A DNA stretch of 64,000 nt, from the NCBI GenBank assembly GCA_951406725.2, contig OX597820.1, positions 8,432,001 to 8,496,000 of the forward strand, in the 5' to 3' direction. Position 1 is the first letter of the stretch, and the number at the start of each line of letters is the position of its first letter. Origin of the DNA: Octopus vulgaris (lineage: Eukaryota). Below, one piece after another: positions 43,585-56,023 of this stretch. The translations under genes were made by a program, and so were the position numbers. The notes under the pieces were generated by a model. It was not told the DNA's origin, did not search any database, and was given only the letters and a program-made list of their open reading frames with translations.

Positions 43585-43631
<47 letters not shown>

Positions 43632-44338
43632 TAAATTCCTGTTGTATATACATACATATGTATGTATGTGACTACGTGTGTGAATGCATATGAATGTGAG
43701 TGTGTGTGTGTGTGTGTGTGCGTATATGTGTGTGTGTGTGTTACTGGTTAATGACGGTCAGTCTGGTGTAATTGACCAATAGATAGATATTCAACAAGTG
43801 TACCACCTACACAACTGTTCAGTTATTCAGAGTGGATGGTTGGGTTGTTTGCAGAGACCACAAGACACGACTATAATTATTATTGAACTTGTAACATCGT
43901 TGGTTCTCTGAACCAAAAGGTTGGAAACTTGCAAATCAAATTCTTGTAAATATTTCTGCCAAATAAAATAAAACTTGGCTTTCTGTAGTTATTAACATTT
44001 ATTTTGTATTTTAATATAAAAGTTGATAGCTGAGGAAACGACGCAACATTCAACAGCTGGAACAAAGCTATACGATGGGAAAGAGGCTATCGTCTGCTAT
44101 GGGACCGAAGCCCCACTGAAAGTTGATAGTTTGAGGTTGTTGCTGCTTAGTCCAGGGTCATCACAAATCCAGAAGATCTATCATAAAAATATTCCAAATG
44201 TGACCATCTAGTTATCTTTTCAGACAAGAGTGTTTCTAAACGAACATTGGCAATGACTCCATTGTTATATTGAGATGTTTAAATATACTTTGTCACATTT
44301 AGTGATATATATATATAATATATATATGTATGTATATG

Positions 44339-44404
<66 letters not shown>

Positions 44405-44430
44405 TGTATGTATGTATGTATGTATGTATG

Positions 44431-44464
<34 letters not shown>

Positions 44465-44536
44465 TGTATGCATGTATGTGTGTATATATATATATGTATA
44501 TGAATTTTTTGTATAATGAGATAAAAAAAAACAAGG

Positions 44537-44601
<65 letters not shown>

Positions 44602-45071
44602 TTTGTGGTACAACAAGGCACCAATATAGCAGTCGATATAATTACAACGCTATAACAAAGCTTCACTGCATATATACTGGCAAAGAAGTGTGAATGCAAC
44701 AAACATGAAAAATTTGTCTTAACTCAAAGAAGAACATTCGGTATATGGACAACCCAGAATCGGATAATGCAGTACCTAGGTTTCGGACTCTTCAAATACG
44801 TTTGTCAACGTAAATTTGATCCGTCTTCCTCAGCTCCATTTACCTAGACAATATTTCAAAAGTTGCTACATCAATGCCAGTATACATGCCTGAACTCTTA
44901 AACGTTGACAGAACGAGAACAGGGAAAAAGTCTTCAATGAAAAATAAAACATTGCAATACAAGTGTATTACTTTCCAGTAAAATAAAGCACGTGTTGGCC
45001 TAAGACCACTTTGAAATATAGGGGGGGGGGGAGTATCCATATTTTAAAGAGGTCATCGGCCAACAGGTCTT

Positions 45072-45129
45072 GGGGTCTGACGATACGCCCTAAAGCTAAA
45101 CCCTTTGACGAGAAAGCCAGGGTAATCCC
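45072..45129 (+). ncRNA. Type I hammerhead-like motif, slightly degenerate
   Basis: GGGGT-CTGACGA-stem II containing TAAAG/CTTTG-GAAA-gccagg-GTA-ATCCC. Confidence 0.55.
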
Positions 45130-45269
45130 ATAAACCGGCTTTCACCAGGAAATATATGTATGTATATATATATATATATAGTTAATCCAAACAAGAAAGC
45201 ACAAAAATCACAACAACGCGAGGACGTGGAACAAATATAGTATTATTGGACGCTCAGGAAAGAAGGAAG

Positions 45270-45304
45270 GTTTAACGTTTCGAGCGGAGCTCTTCGTCGG
45301 AAAC
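45270..45304 (-). ncRNA. Minimal hammerhead-like motif (U4C variant)
   Basis: GTTT-CCGACGA-A-GAGC tcc GCTC-GAA-ACGT-T-AAAC. Confidence 0.55.
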
Positions 45305-45379
45305 ATAGGAGAAGGAAAGATCCAGAGAAGGGAAGACAAAGGAAAAAAAATCGCCAACGGTACACACGAGGTCACATTT

Positions 45380-45428
<49 letters not shown>

Positions 45429-45558
45429 GTATGTATGTATATATATATATATATACATACATACATACATACATACATACATACATACATACATACATAC
45501 ATACATACATACATGCATGCATGCATGCATACATACATACATACATACATACATACAT

Positions 45559-45595
<37 letters not shown>

Positions 45596-45607
45596 TACAT
45601 ACATACA

Positions 45608-45638
<31 letters not shown>

Positions 45639-45892
45639 CATTAAAGTTGCAACAAGTAGTTCTAGTAAAAATGTCTTGCGATATAGATGACGCCACCAGT
45701 CAGGTTATTTTGGAAGTATTTGACAATTAATTATCTCCCTTGTCTAAAACCGAATTAATAACATTTGAGAAGCAAATCCAGCAGTGGAGGTTTGTCTGTA
45801 TTGACTTTAATAGTTGATACACAAATGAAGAGAATGTGGGATAGACATCGACGATAAACACAATGTTTGATTAAAAGCAAAAAGGAAAACTG

Positions 45893-46450
45893 TTACATCG
45901 GGGTTTCAACGATGTGACTAAATTTGGGTGAGTTATAAAGAGCAGAGCGGACTTTGATGCTTTTTTGAAAGGAGTCAACTCTGTCTTTAGCGAAGTTTAA
46001 CGCTTTTCTAACATATGGGTTTTTAGAACTAGTCACGTTTTCCTGCGCCCGATAGAAAGATATTTCTGCCGAAGCTGGTAATTCAAACATACTATTGCCC
46101 TCACTCGATACATTACAACCAATAATTGTATTCTCTGTGTTTAATTCATAAAGTTCTATGATGTTATTAGATGGAGGATATTCATTTTGAGGAGCCGATA
46201 AAATGCGCACGTAGACCGGAAGTTCTTCTTCCGCAACCAACTTCCGGAGTTTCGATGCACGCGGTAAGCTACGGTACTGATGAGGCCTGCCGCCTTTTTT
46301 TAATTCTGTCGCAAAGAATCGGCCCTGAGTCTCTGCTGGTACGAGAATATTCTTGCCATCGTTGTCGCGACATTCCAAACACCTCATCACTTTCGATTCG
46401 GTCTGCCTGTTTTTCGTGTATGTCACCAGGTCTTCTAAAATACCCACAAT
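45893..46450 (-). CDS. Gene B terminal exon: CABIT-domain protein
   Basis: TTGCAG acceptor, phase 0; IVGILED...RCLECRD...VPAETQGRFF...LPVYVRI...IIGC to TAA; collinear with gene A exon 2. Confidence 0.85.
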   Translation of the reverse strand: MVGILEDLVTYTKNRQTESKVMRCLECRDNDGKNILVPAETQGRFFATELKKGGRPHQYRSLPRASKLRKLVAEEELPVYVRILSAPQNEYPPSNNIIELYELNTENTIIGCNVSSEGNSMFELPASAEISFYRAQENVTSSKNPYVRKALNFAKDRVDSFQKSIKVRSALYNSPKFSHIVETPM

Positions 46451-46760
46451 CTGCAAGTAGCAAAAATTGTATATCTTTATATAAACATAATATTTGTTTA
46501 TATGCGAACAAATATGTGTGTGTTAGTGTGTCTGTGTATGTGAGCGTGTGTGTGTGTGTACATACATACGCCAATATATGTGTATATGTGTGTGAATATA
46601 TATATAAACCTATATACATACACACCCATGCATACATACATATATACACACACACATATATGCTTTTGTGTGTGCGTGTATGTGTGTGTGTGTATGTGTG
46701 TGTGTAAAGTGAGACTGAACTTCTTAGCTTCAATCATTTCTAACAAACCACATCAATCAG

Positions 46761-46797
<37 letters not shown>

Positions 46798-46881
46798 CAA
46801 AAGGTTTAGTAACAGTGAGCTTTAAACTTTATGCTGGTTTGATAACGAATGAAGGTGAATGACAATAAAGGTAACACGTAC

Positions 46882-47126
46882 CTGCAATTCCGAATATGGT
46901 GGAAGAGTCGTTTTCTCGTAACACGGGTCTCCATCAGTTTCTGAAACTAAGACGAAAACTTTCAAAGGAAACAGGGACAGGAAGCGGACAGGCATGGCAG
47001 CGATCACTTTTGCCAAAGTATTCCAGTTCCCTGCGCTTCCTTCCCATTGTGAGCTCGTGTCCAAGTTAGAGTTACTGCCAACGCTGTCTCCCTCTTCTAA
47101 TCTCCGATCCAACAGTTCAAACCATC
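46882..47126 (-). CDS. Gene B internal exon
   Basis: TTTTCAG acceptor (phase 1, G|GA WFELL) and CAG|GTACGT donor (phase 0); reads WFELL...TLAKVIAAMPVRFL. Confidence 0.82.
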
Positions 47127-47429
47127 CTGAAAATAGAGAAAGAACAATCAAGAAATATTATCAGAGAATAGATTCAAATCATCAACAGAAAACTGCAGGG
47201 ATATGAATGTACACAGGTATATGCGTCTCTTCTATTTTTTAATTATTGTAAATCTTCCACTGAGGAGGGTGCTGGTTTCCAACAAGGATACAAGGCTCCA
47301 TCTTTGGGATGTAGTTGACACAAATTCACACTTGGAACTTGATTAAAGTCTTACCGTTCCACTCACAGATTGAACTTGTAATGTACGAATTAGCCAGTCG
47401 ATTTCTCTTTCTGAAAATCCCGTTTATCC

Positions 47430-47760
47430 AGATTCTCATTTAAGTATTTACTAACAAAACCTAGTGCTCCAATTATTATAGGTATGAATATGAACTCATA
47501 GTCTGGATATAGAAGGTGGTGGTTTCAAAGCAGTTGTCCTCTTTTTCTTTGATTTTCAAAGAGATATTTATATCTGCAGGACAGCTGACTGCTATGATGG
47601 TACATACCTTCGCTCCACTGTCTCAAACAACAATATCCGGCCTGTTATGTTTACATTTTACAGAAGGTTTGATGGGAATATTCCACCAGTATTTCTTGAG
47701 TTTATGAATGTATTCCATAACAGGGATTTTCTAAGTATATTTCAGGACAATTATTGTATG
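47430..47760 (-). mobile_element. RLE-LINE 3' fragment
   Basis: YWWNIPIK..VKCKHNRPDIVV resembles the 32400-32700 region. Confidence 0.65.
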
Positions 47761-47856
47761 TTATGTATGTACGTACATAAGTATATATACGAATTTATGT
47801 GTGTGTATGTGTGTATGTGTGTGTGAGTGTGTGTGTGTGCGTGCTCGTGCGTGTAT

Positions 47857-47903
<47 letters not shown>

Positions 47904-48591
47904 CCACTATCACTACCACCGCCATAATATTCCATCTTACGGAAGTACAAATCTGCATCCTCTCCCTCCTCTCCCTCACTACATCCGTCAATCAGTTATC
48001 ATCTCTGACCAACACCACACTACCATCACTACCACTATCAATACCACGACAACCCTCCCCCTACCACCACCACTATTGATACCATTACCATCCTATGCCA
48101 CATCCTCCGTGGCTATTTATAGAAGAAAGACTTATTTTTGTGAGGGACAGCTGTGAAGTGAAGGAAATGGTGCTGGGAAGTGATGATGAGCTTAGTAGAC
48201 ATTGTGGAGGCGATGGAGGCGATGGTGATAGTGGTGGTAGTAGTGGGGGTGGTTGTTGTGGTGTTGTGACACTGGTGATAGTTGTTAGTGAAGGCGCGTG
48301 GTCTAGTGGTTAGGGTGTTCAGTTCAAGATCATAATGGCCAGGGTTCAATTTCTGGAGCAGGCGTCACGTTGTATCCTTCGGCGTGATACTTTTCCCTAT
48401 TGGTCCAGTCTACCAGCTGAGAATGAGTACCAGCCGAGTACTGGTGCGGCTCTTTCTCTCTCCCTTCTGCTGTCACATCCTGGGTGTGCCACTGGGTCAA
48501 ATGGTGGAAGAGTCAACAGGGTGACAGTCTCTGTCTGCTCCCCACTACACAGCGCCCCTAAAACAATTACCGAAAGTATGGTACATGTTAC

Positions 48592-48822
48592 CTATTTCTT
48601 TACTACCCACAAGGGGCTGAACACAGAGGGGACAAACAAGGACAGACATACGGATTAAGTCAATTACAATGACTCCAGTGCGTAACTGGTATTTATTTAA
48701 TCGACCCCGAAAGGATGAAAGGCAAAGTCGACCTTGGCGGAATTTGAACTCAGAACGTAGCGGCAGATGAAATACCGCTAAGCATTTCGCCCGGCGTGCT
48801 AACGTTTCTGCCAGCTCGCCGC
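48592..48822 (-). mobile_element. OK-like SINE with TSD ATGGTACATGTTACC
   Basis: Full head and tail; the same 15-mer flanks both sides. Confidence 0.9.
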
Positions 48823-49444
48823 ATGGTACATGTTACCAAGCGATGCTTGTCCACGGCTGACCCTTTCTTGATGCTAATGATGGTTGTGGTGTTGTTTGTG
48901 TAAATAATGTGGCCGCTTCACACAAAAGATGGTGTTTTGCTATCTCAAATGAAAAACGCTTCTCGAAGTTTGCGCCATCTTTAAAATTATTCTGCTCGTT
49001 ACGATGCGTGTTCGAGTGCTACACTTTAAACAACCTTAACTACGGAACGAAATTTTGGACATAATCAAAAATATTTAGCACAAGGAAACAATGTTATGAG
49101 AACCCATAAGTTTCAACCCCGAAATAGAAAGAATATTTAGAAACCGTGAAATTTCCAGTTGTGACATTGTGACATTGGAGCCATGGAGTATAGCCACGTG
49201 ATGTTGTTGCAACAGTATGTAGAGTGGTAGTTGCAGCGCTGTAGTGTAGTGTGCAGTATAACGTAACAGTGTAGAACAGATCTTGTTGGTATTGTAGTTT
49301 AACATCAGGTCAATTTGGATCGAACTGACATAAAACCAATATGATTCCAGCGGTGACCACCTCACTTTTTCCGGAATGCAGGGATAGACAGGCATACATA
49401 TACACACACATATATACATGTTATGTCCTGTTATTATTATTATA

Positions 49445-49500
<56 letters not shown>

Positions 49501-50023
49501 CATTATTATTGTTGTTGTTGTTTTTTGTATTTATATTCGTATTATCTTTTTTTTTGTATTTATATTCTTGTAACATCGTCCGTTTTTCTGTCCTTGTTTC
49601 GTATACATTCGATCCTTTTTCCAAGAAATCTAATGCTCGTAGCTTAGCTTTTCCTTGGGGCTGGCCAGATTGGAGCAATCTCAAGATTAATCAGCCGAAA
49701 TTGCGAGGATGATCCCGTTCTTGACTGAAGATCAGAGGCTTCGAATGACCCGTCCGTGTTTTTCGTATCGTCTATTTGAATGTTTTGCGTTCTTGTCCCA
49801 TTTTGTATTTTTATATATACATACATACATACATACATACATACATACGTACATCAGTTCTTTAGCATGTATTGAAGCACTGGTATAAAATCACTCTGAG
49901 CCTAAGAGCGAAAACAGATTACAACCATGGCGACATTGGCGAGATAAGGTAAGAGGACTGACCGCTTTTGACTCATTAACTCATCAACAAACTATTGTTA
50001 TGATAAATATATATGGTTCTCTC

Positions 50024-50072
<49 letters not shown>

Positions 50073-50230
50073 ATATAGATATATATATATATATATATAT
50101 ATAATGATAAATATACCATTAAAAGACAGAAAGGAAACGGACTTTAATCTAAAATCTGGAGACAATGTCTGGAGATAAGAAGATTTAACCGATGTAGCTC
50201 ATTAACTATACTGAATAAACATATCACCGA

Positions 50231-50299
<69 letters not shown>

Positions 50300-50303
<4 letters not shown>

Positions 50304-50344
50304 CCCGAAGATTGCAGAATTCAATGCATGAAAGTACTAGTTCA
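50300..50344 (+). ncRNA. Minimal hammerhead with palindromic stem III (U4C variant)
   Basis: TGAAC-CCGAAGA-t-TGCA gaattcaa TGCA-t-GAAA-GTAC-TA-GTTCA, directly after (TA)n. Confidence 0.65.
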
Positions 50345-50883
50345 ATCAGAATGAATATTTAACATTCTACTATTTCATTTTATTTTACTCAATTATAATA
50401 TATTATCTTATAATATATCATTATAAGATTGTAAATAAAACGTGAAAATCAGACAAGGTTGGAATTCTTTTTATTAATATATTCTTCTATACACAATCAC
50501 ACACACCCATATATATATATATCTATATATATATATATATATACAGAGAGAGAGAGACGCAGGAGTGGTTGTGTAGTATGTAGCTTATATACCAACCACA
50601 TGGTCCCGCGTTCCATCCCACTGCGTGGCACGTTGGGCAAATGTCTTCTACTATGGCCTCGAGCCAACCAAAGCCTTGTGAGTGGATTTGGTAGAGGAAA
50701 ACTGAAAGAAGCCTGTCGTGTATATATATATGTATATATATATATCGAACCCACAAGAGTAAACAAGAGAGACAGAGACAGGCAGAAACAAGGAAATGCC
50801 ACTTGTATTTGAACACTATACGAATATTCTTTTAAAAAAACTTTACTTTTAATTTTCTCAAATTTAATTGTTTTCCATACTTA

Positions 50884-50919
50884 CAGTTGAAAAAGTTTCA
50901 ATGACTGAAACCGGTACTG
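50884..50919 (+). ncRNA. Minimal hammerhead with U3-A8 core pair
   Basis: CAG-TTGAAAA-AGTT tcaat GACT-GAAA-CCGG-TA-CTG; copies at 63398-63432 (-) and 63509-63544 (+). Confidence 0.6.
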
Positions 50920-51096
50920 AAATGTTCTTTTATAAAATTATTTTAGCATTTCTCTTCCATATATATATATATATATATATAGATTCAAATGAATATGGTA
51001 CTTAATTTAGATGCACCAGAATTTTGTATGGTGTTATCCATAAAAATCCGTGGGGTGATTATAATCAAAATAAGCAACAAGAATGACTCCGGTAAT

Positions 51097-51182
51097 TTGG
51101 TACGATCGTTTCGTACTACATCATTTTATTAAATGTTGTAAGTATTACAACAATTTTAAAATGCTGGGTACTCATCAGCCAA
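51097..51182 (-). ncRNA. Canonical type I hammerhead ribozyme with extended stem II
   Basis: TTGG-CTGATGA-GTAC...GTAC-GAAAC-GATC-GTA-CCAA. Confidence 0.82.
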
Positions 51183-51499
51183 TTATAGAGGTTTTCCATT
51201 AATACAAAAATGTTCATATCAAGTGGAAACATTATAGAGAAGGTAGATATATAGACAAAGATGTGGATTTAAATTTTAGAACATTTGAGGTAGTGGAGCC
51301 CATCAACTGACTGACTAAGATTCGGTTGTTCCAGACTACTGTAAGGTTGGAACAAATGAATCTTAGTCAGTCAGTTGATGGGCTCCACTACCTCAAATGT
51401 TCTTAAAATTTAAATCCACATCTTTCTCTATATATCTACCTTCTCTATAATGTTGCCACTTGATATGAAAATTTTTGTATTAATGGAAAACCTCTATAA

Positions 51500-51585
51500 T
51501 TGGCTGGTGAGTGCTCAGCATTTTAAAACTGTTGTAATACTTACAACATTTAATAAAATGATGTAGCACGAAACGATAGTACCAA
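51500..51585 (+). ncRNA. Inverted sister hammerhead (A6G core change)
   Basis: TTGG-CTGGTGA-GTGC...GCAC-GAAAC-GATA-GTA-CCAA. Confidence 0.65.
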
Positions 51586-51613
51586 ATTACCGGAGTCATT
51601 CTTGTTGTTTATT

Positions 51614-51723
<110 letters not shown>

Positions 51724-51779
51724 GCTTATTTATATGTTTTAAAAGAAACGATTTTATATTAAACTGAGATTCCTCAATA

Positions 51780-53200
51780 CTTTTGGTAGCGTACGAACTT
51801 ATTCTTTAATAAGAATAATATTGACAACGATTTCAAGGTTTCGGCCAGCTAAGCCCTCATCGAGTAATCCGATGTTTGAGATTTGTGATTCAGCATTTAA
51901 AAAAATTTTTTTTATAATGCATGATTTAATTTCCAAATATAAGCGATTAATTGGTTATTCCTTCGTTCAAAGCACCGAAAAGAATGTTTTAAAATTACTA
52001 ATGGTAAGTACAATTTTGATACACAAAGTAGTTTTGACTGTACATTTATATGGAATGGAATTTTATTCTTCTTTAGTTAATATTTTAAGGGAACTCCACA
52101 AATTAATATAACTACAATTAGTAGCATTACTATCACTACTCATGCTTAATTTTCCCATATTAGAAGCTACAATTTGGGCGAGGTAAGTGTAATGGAATAA
52201 AAAAAAAAGGGTTACAGAGTTTTGTTGAAGATAGCTTAATACCTATGTTGAATATTTAAGTCAGGGAATGGCTTCTTCTAAATTATAAGGAGAGTTATAC
52301 TATATCTTTCCTTACATCAAATAATATTCACCTTTGGTATATAATAGTTATTTTCAGTGTACTCTTTTAGTATGTAGAATGTTCTTTTAACGATCTCTAC
52401 TGCAAGATATCCTAGATATATCGTAAGTGTATGTGAGGGCACAAAATAGAGAAAACAAGATACATAGAAGAAAAATACATAGTCTATTTTTGAAGATGTC
52501 CTTGATGACCTATGTAAAATATTATGAACTGAATTTCTGAAACATTTCGGTTGATAGACAATTTATTATTGCAATTTAGGATAAGGCGGCGAGCTGGCAG
52601 AAACGTTAGCACGCCGGGCGAAATGCTTCGCGGCATTTCGTCTGCCGTTACGTTCTGAGTTCAAATTCCGCCGAGGTCGACTTTGCCTTTCATCTTTTCG
52701 AGGTTGATTAAATAAGTACCAGTTACGTACTGGGGTCGATGTAATCGACTTAATCCCTTTGTCTGTCCTTGTTTGTCCCCTCTGTGTTTAGCCCCTTGTG
52801 GGTAGTAAAGAAATATAATGTAATTTAGGATTTCATGAGTTCTATGGCAGGGGTAGTATAGATCATTTGACAGGTCATGAGTAACTTTTAGTAATTAAAT
52901 ATAGTAGTATTAGTCCCTAGGGTAACGCTTAAGGCTAAGTCTTTCACAAGTGTAGAGGTTCTCTCAGTTCCTTTCGTTTGATTGTAGGCCTCAATTGATA
53001 AGGGTTGATAAACCACCATGGCGGCACAATAGGGAGCGTCAGTCTGAGTGTGACTCTTAGCGTTTCTGTTTCGGTTACTGAATTCATTAGAGCATTCTCT
53101 AATGAGCTTAAACATAACGACATTCATTATAGGTGCAAATATTAATATATTCCACCCCTACAACAGGTTTGGATTAGATTGAGTATAGCTTATGAATGAA
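51780..53200 (-). mobile_element. Decayed Penelope-like element (RT C-terminus plus GIY-YIG region)
   Basis: TNTTIFNY.KVTHDLSNDLYYP resembles the NFLDVTxDL..YxPY motif; PYKCTV and LIAYIWKL also present; interrupted by a SINE. Confidence 0.6.
52582..52815 (+). mobile_element. OK-like SINE, full length; further copies at 53262-53495 (+), 55475-55708 (-) and 57480-57595 (-)
   Basis: AAGGCGGCGAGCTGGCAGAAACGTTAGCACGCCGGGCG...GGGTAGTAAAGAAATA; short direct repeat AATTTAGGA on both sides. Confidence 0.9.
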
Positions 53201-53843
53201 GGTACAACAACCAGGAAACCGAATCACGGCTGTATTGGATATTATCATATCTCGTATATGATAAGGCGGCGAGCTGGCAAAAACGTTAGCACGCCGGGCG
53301 AAATGCTTAGCAGTATTTCGTCTGCCGGTACGTCCCGGGTTCAAATTCCGCCGAGGTCGACTTTGCTTTTCATCCTTTCGGGGTCGATAAAATAAGTACC
53401 AGTTACGCGCTGGGGTCGATGTAATCGACTTAAACCGTTTGTCTGTCCTTGTTTGTCCTCTCTATGTTTAGCCCCTTCTGGGTACTAAAGAAATATATCA
53501 TATGTCGTATATCATTATATATTATATGATATACAATATATATTATCTATTATATAAAATAGACCTGTTTGTGTGTGTGTGCGTGCAGTTATTAGTTATG
53601 TATGTATAACCTTTAGAGAGAAAATGAGAATTCTGTATAGTTACTCGCTGAAACTAATGAAGCACTGATTCAGAAAGAGACGAGAACAAAATCTTATCCT
53701 CCATCTCCAAAACGTGTTGCGGGCGGCCATCTTGGCTGACCGACATATTTTTGGTGTTCTTTCAGATATCCAGTTTACAGCAGACTTGTTTATTTAAAAG
53801 AAACTCACTCTCAAAATGGATGTTTGTAACATTGTGTGTACGA

Positions 53844-53874
<31 letters not shown>

Positions 53875-53876
53875 CA

Positions 53877-53919
<43 letters not shown>

Positions 53920-54222
53920 AGTATATACTACTATATATGTATGTGCTTGTGTGCGTGATTGTGTGTGTATGTATGCATATGCATATATTTTTTATATATA
54001 GATGTAGATATCGATATAGAGATACATACATACATACCTACATACAGATATAGATACGTATCTGTGTTGCTTGTAAATATATGCATACATATATGTATAC
54101 ATATATGTATGCATATATATATGTATACATTTATACTTACATACACATATACATATATATATATAAATGTATGTATATATATATGTGTATATATATGTAA
54201 GTGTAATATATACATAAATACA

Positions 54223-54305
<83 letters not shown>

Positions 54306-54648
54306 AGGGTAGAGGAGAAGGTGATGATGGACTTTAAAAAGGAAGACGAATTAAAGTTGACATTAATATCTTATTAGTCTTTCCGTAATCTTAGTTTCAC
54401 AGAACTAAAGTCTGTGAATTGGTCAATCTCCTTTGCGTTGCACACTGGTGGTGATGATGATGATGATGATGATGATGGCAGTGGAAATGATGATGAGGAA
54501 GGGGATGGGGAAGAGGTGGAGGAGGAGGAGGGGGAGGAAGATGGTAGTGGTGATGGTGTTGAAAAAAGTATGATGATAGTGATGGTGACGACGACGACGA
54601 CGACGACGCCCACGATGACGAATGCTGATGATCATCATCATTGTTCGA

Positions 54649-54928
54649 CTGTGGTCGAAACCATGGAATTTGCTATGTTACGCCAGACTTCACGATCCAT
54701 CATAGCATTACGGAGATCCCGTTGCTGGATGCCTGTATCCCTGGAGATTACATCAGGGTAGGAGAGTGTGCGCCCTCTGGTATCGTGACCGTGGTCGAGA
54801 CAATGGAATTTACTATGTTACGCCAGACTTCACGGTCCATCATAGCATTACGGAGGTCCCGTTGCTGGATGCCTGTATCCCTGGAGATTATATCAGGGTA
54901 GGAGAGTGTGTGCCTTCTGGTATCGCGA
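54649..54928. repeat. Two tandem copies of a 140-bp unit
   Basis: GTGGTCGA at 54651 and 54791 begin near-identical blocks. Confidence 0.9.
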
Positions 54929-55988
54929 GAAGATGGCTTCCAGAGGAGAAGAGTAGAAATTTACCTCGTTTTCAGCTCTACAACAATGTCCAGCAAACTA
55001 GACTCTTCTACCTTTCACAAGAGATGATACAGGTGGTAGTTTCCCATATATTTGTACTTTGGTTGGATGACGCTTCCACGAGAGATTTTGAGCTCTCATA
55101 AGGAGGCGAGTGTAGGTTCCATCCAACCGCCCCTCAAGCTTCTTTGATAACGTCCTGATGATGTTGACGATGATGATGAGGATAATGATGAGGAGGGCTC
55201 TAATGAGGATGACAGCCAGCTCGACGCCTTAAAAACCCCTAATAATTGCTCCTAATTTCGACACAAGGCTAACGATTTTGAGGGGAGAGAAAAGTAGTCG
55301 ATACCTATGATCCCAGTAGTTGACTTGTTCGTTATTTTATCGACCCTGGGGTAGGTTGAAAGACAAGGTTGACACTGGCAGAATTTGATCTCAGAATGTA
55401 AAGAGCCGGAAGAAATAATGCAAGGCATTTTTTGCGACGCACTGACGATTCTTCCAGCCCGCCGCCCTTTAATACCTATTTCTTTACTACCCACAAGGGG
55501 CTAAACACAGAGGGGACAAACAAGGACAGACAAACGGATTATGTCGATTACATCGACCCTAGTGCGTAACTGGTACTTAATTTATCGACCCCGAAAGGAT
55601 GAAAGGCAAAGTCGACCTCGGCGGAATTTGAACTCAGAACGTAACGGCAGACGAAATACCGCTAAGCATTTCGCCCGGCGTGCTAACGATTCTGCCAGCT
55701 CGCCGCCCTATACCGTAACCCTAGCAGTTTCGAATTTTGACTGAAGGCCAATAATTATAAGGGTAGGGATTATTCGATTTTAGGGGTGGAGATTAGCAGA
55801 GGTCTATTACATCGACCCCACAAATGCCATTAAGCATTTTGTCCGAGATGCTAACGCGAAAGCCAGCTTGGCGCCTTTGATAGCGATAGTGGTGGTGCAC
55901 TAGTGGAATGGACCCTGTTGTTAGGGTTATAGTTTTTATAGGAGTTCGGTACACTATTGTCGCTGGAGTTCTTGCCATTAATGTTATT

Positions 55989-56023
<35 letters not shown>

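Noticed and set aside
49650-49760. CTGAAGA-containing repeat (also at 39900-40010) as a hammerhead
   Set aside because: No downstream GAAA with a consistent stem I/III could be drawn.
53720-53740. YY1-like GCGGCCATCTTG motif as a promoter
   Set aside because: A single short motif with no linked exon identified.
54414-54640. Acidic D/E-rich ORF
   Set aside because: GAT/GAG trinucleotide low-complexity tract within gene B's intron, with no splice support.
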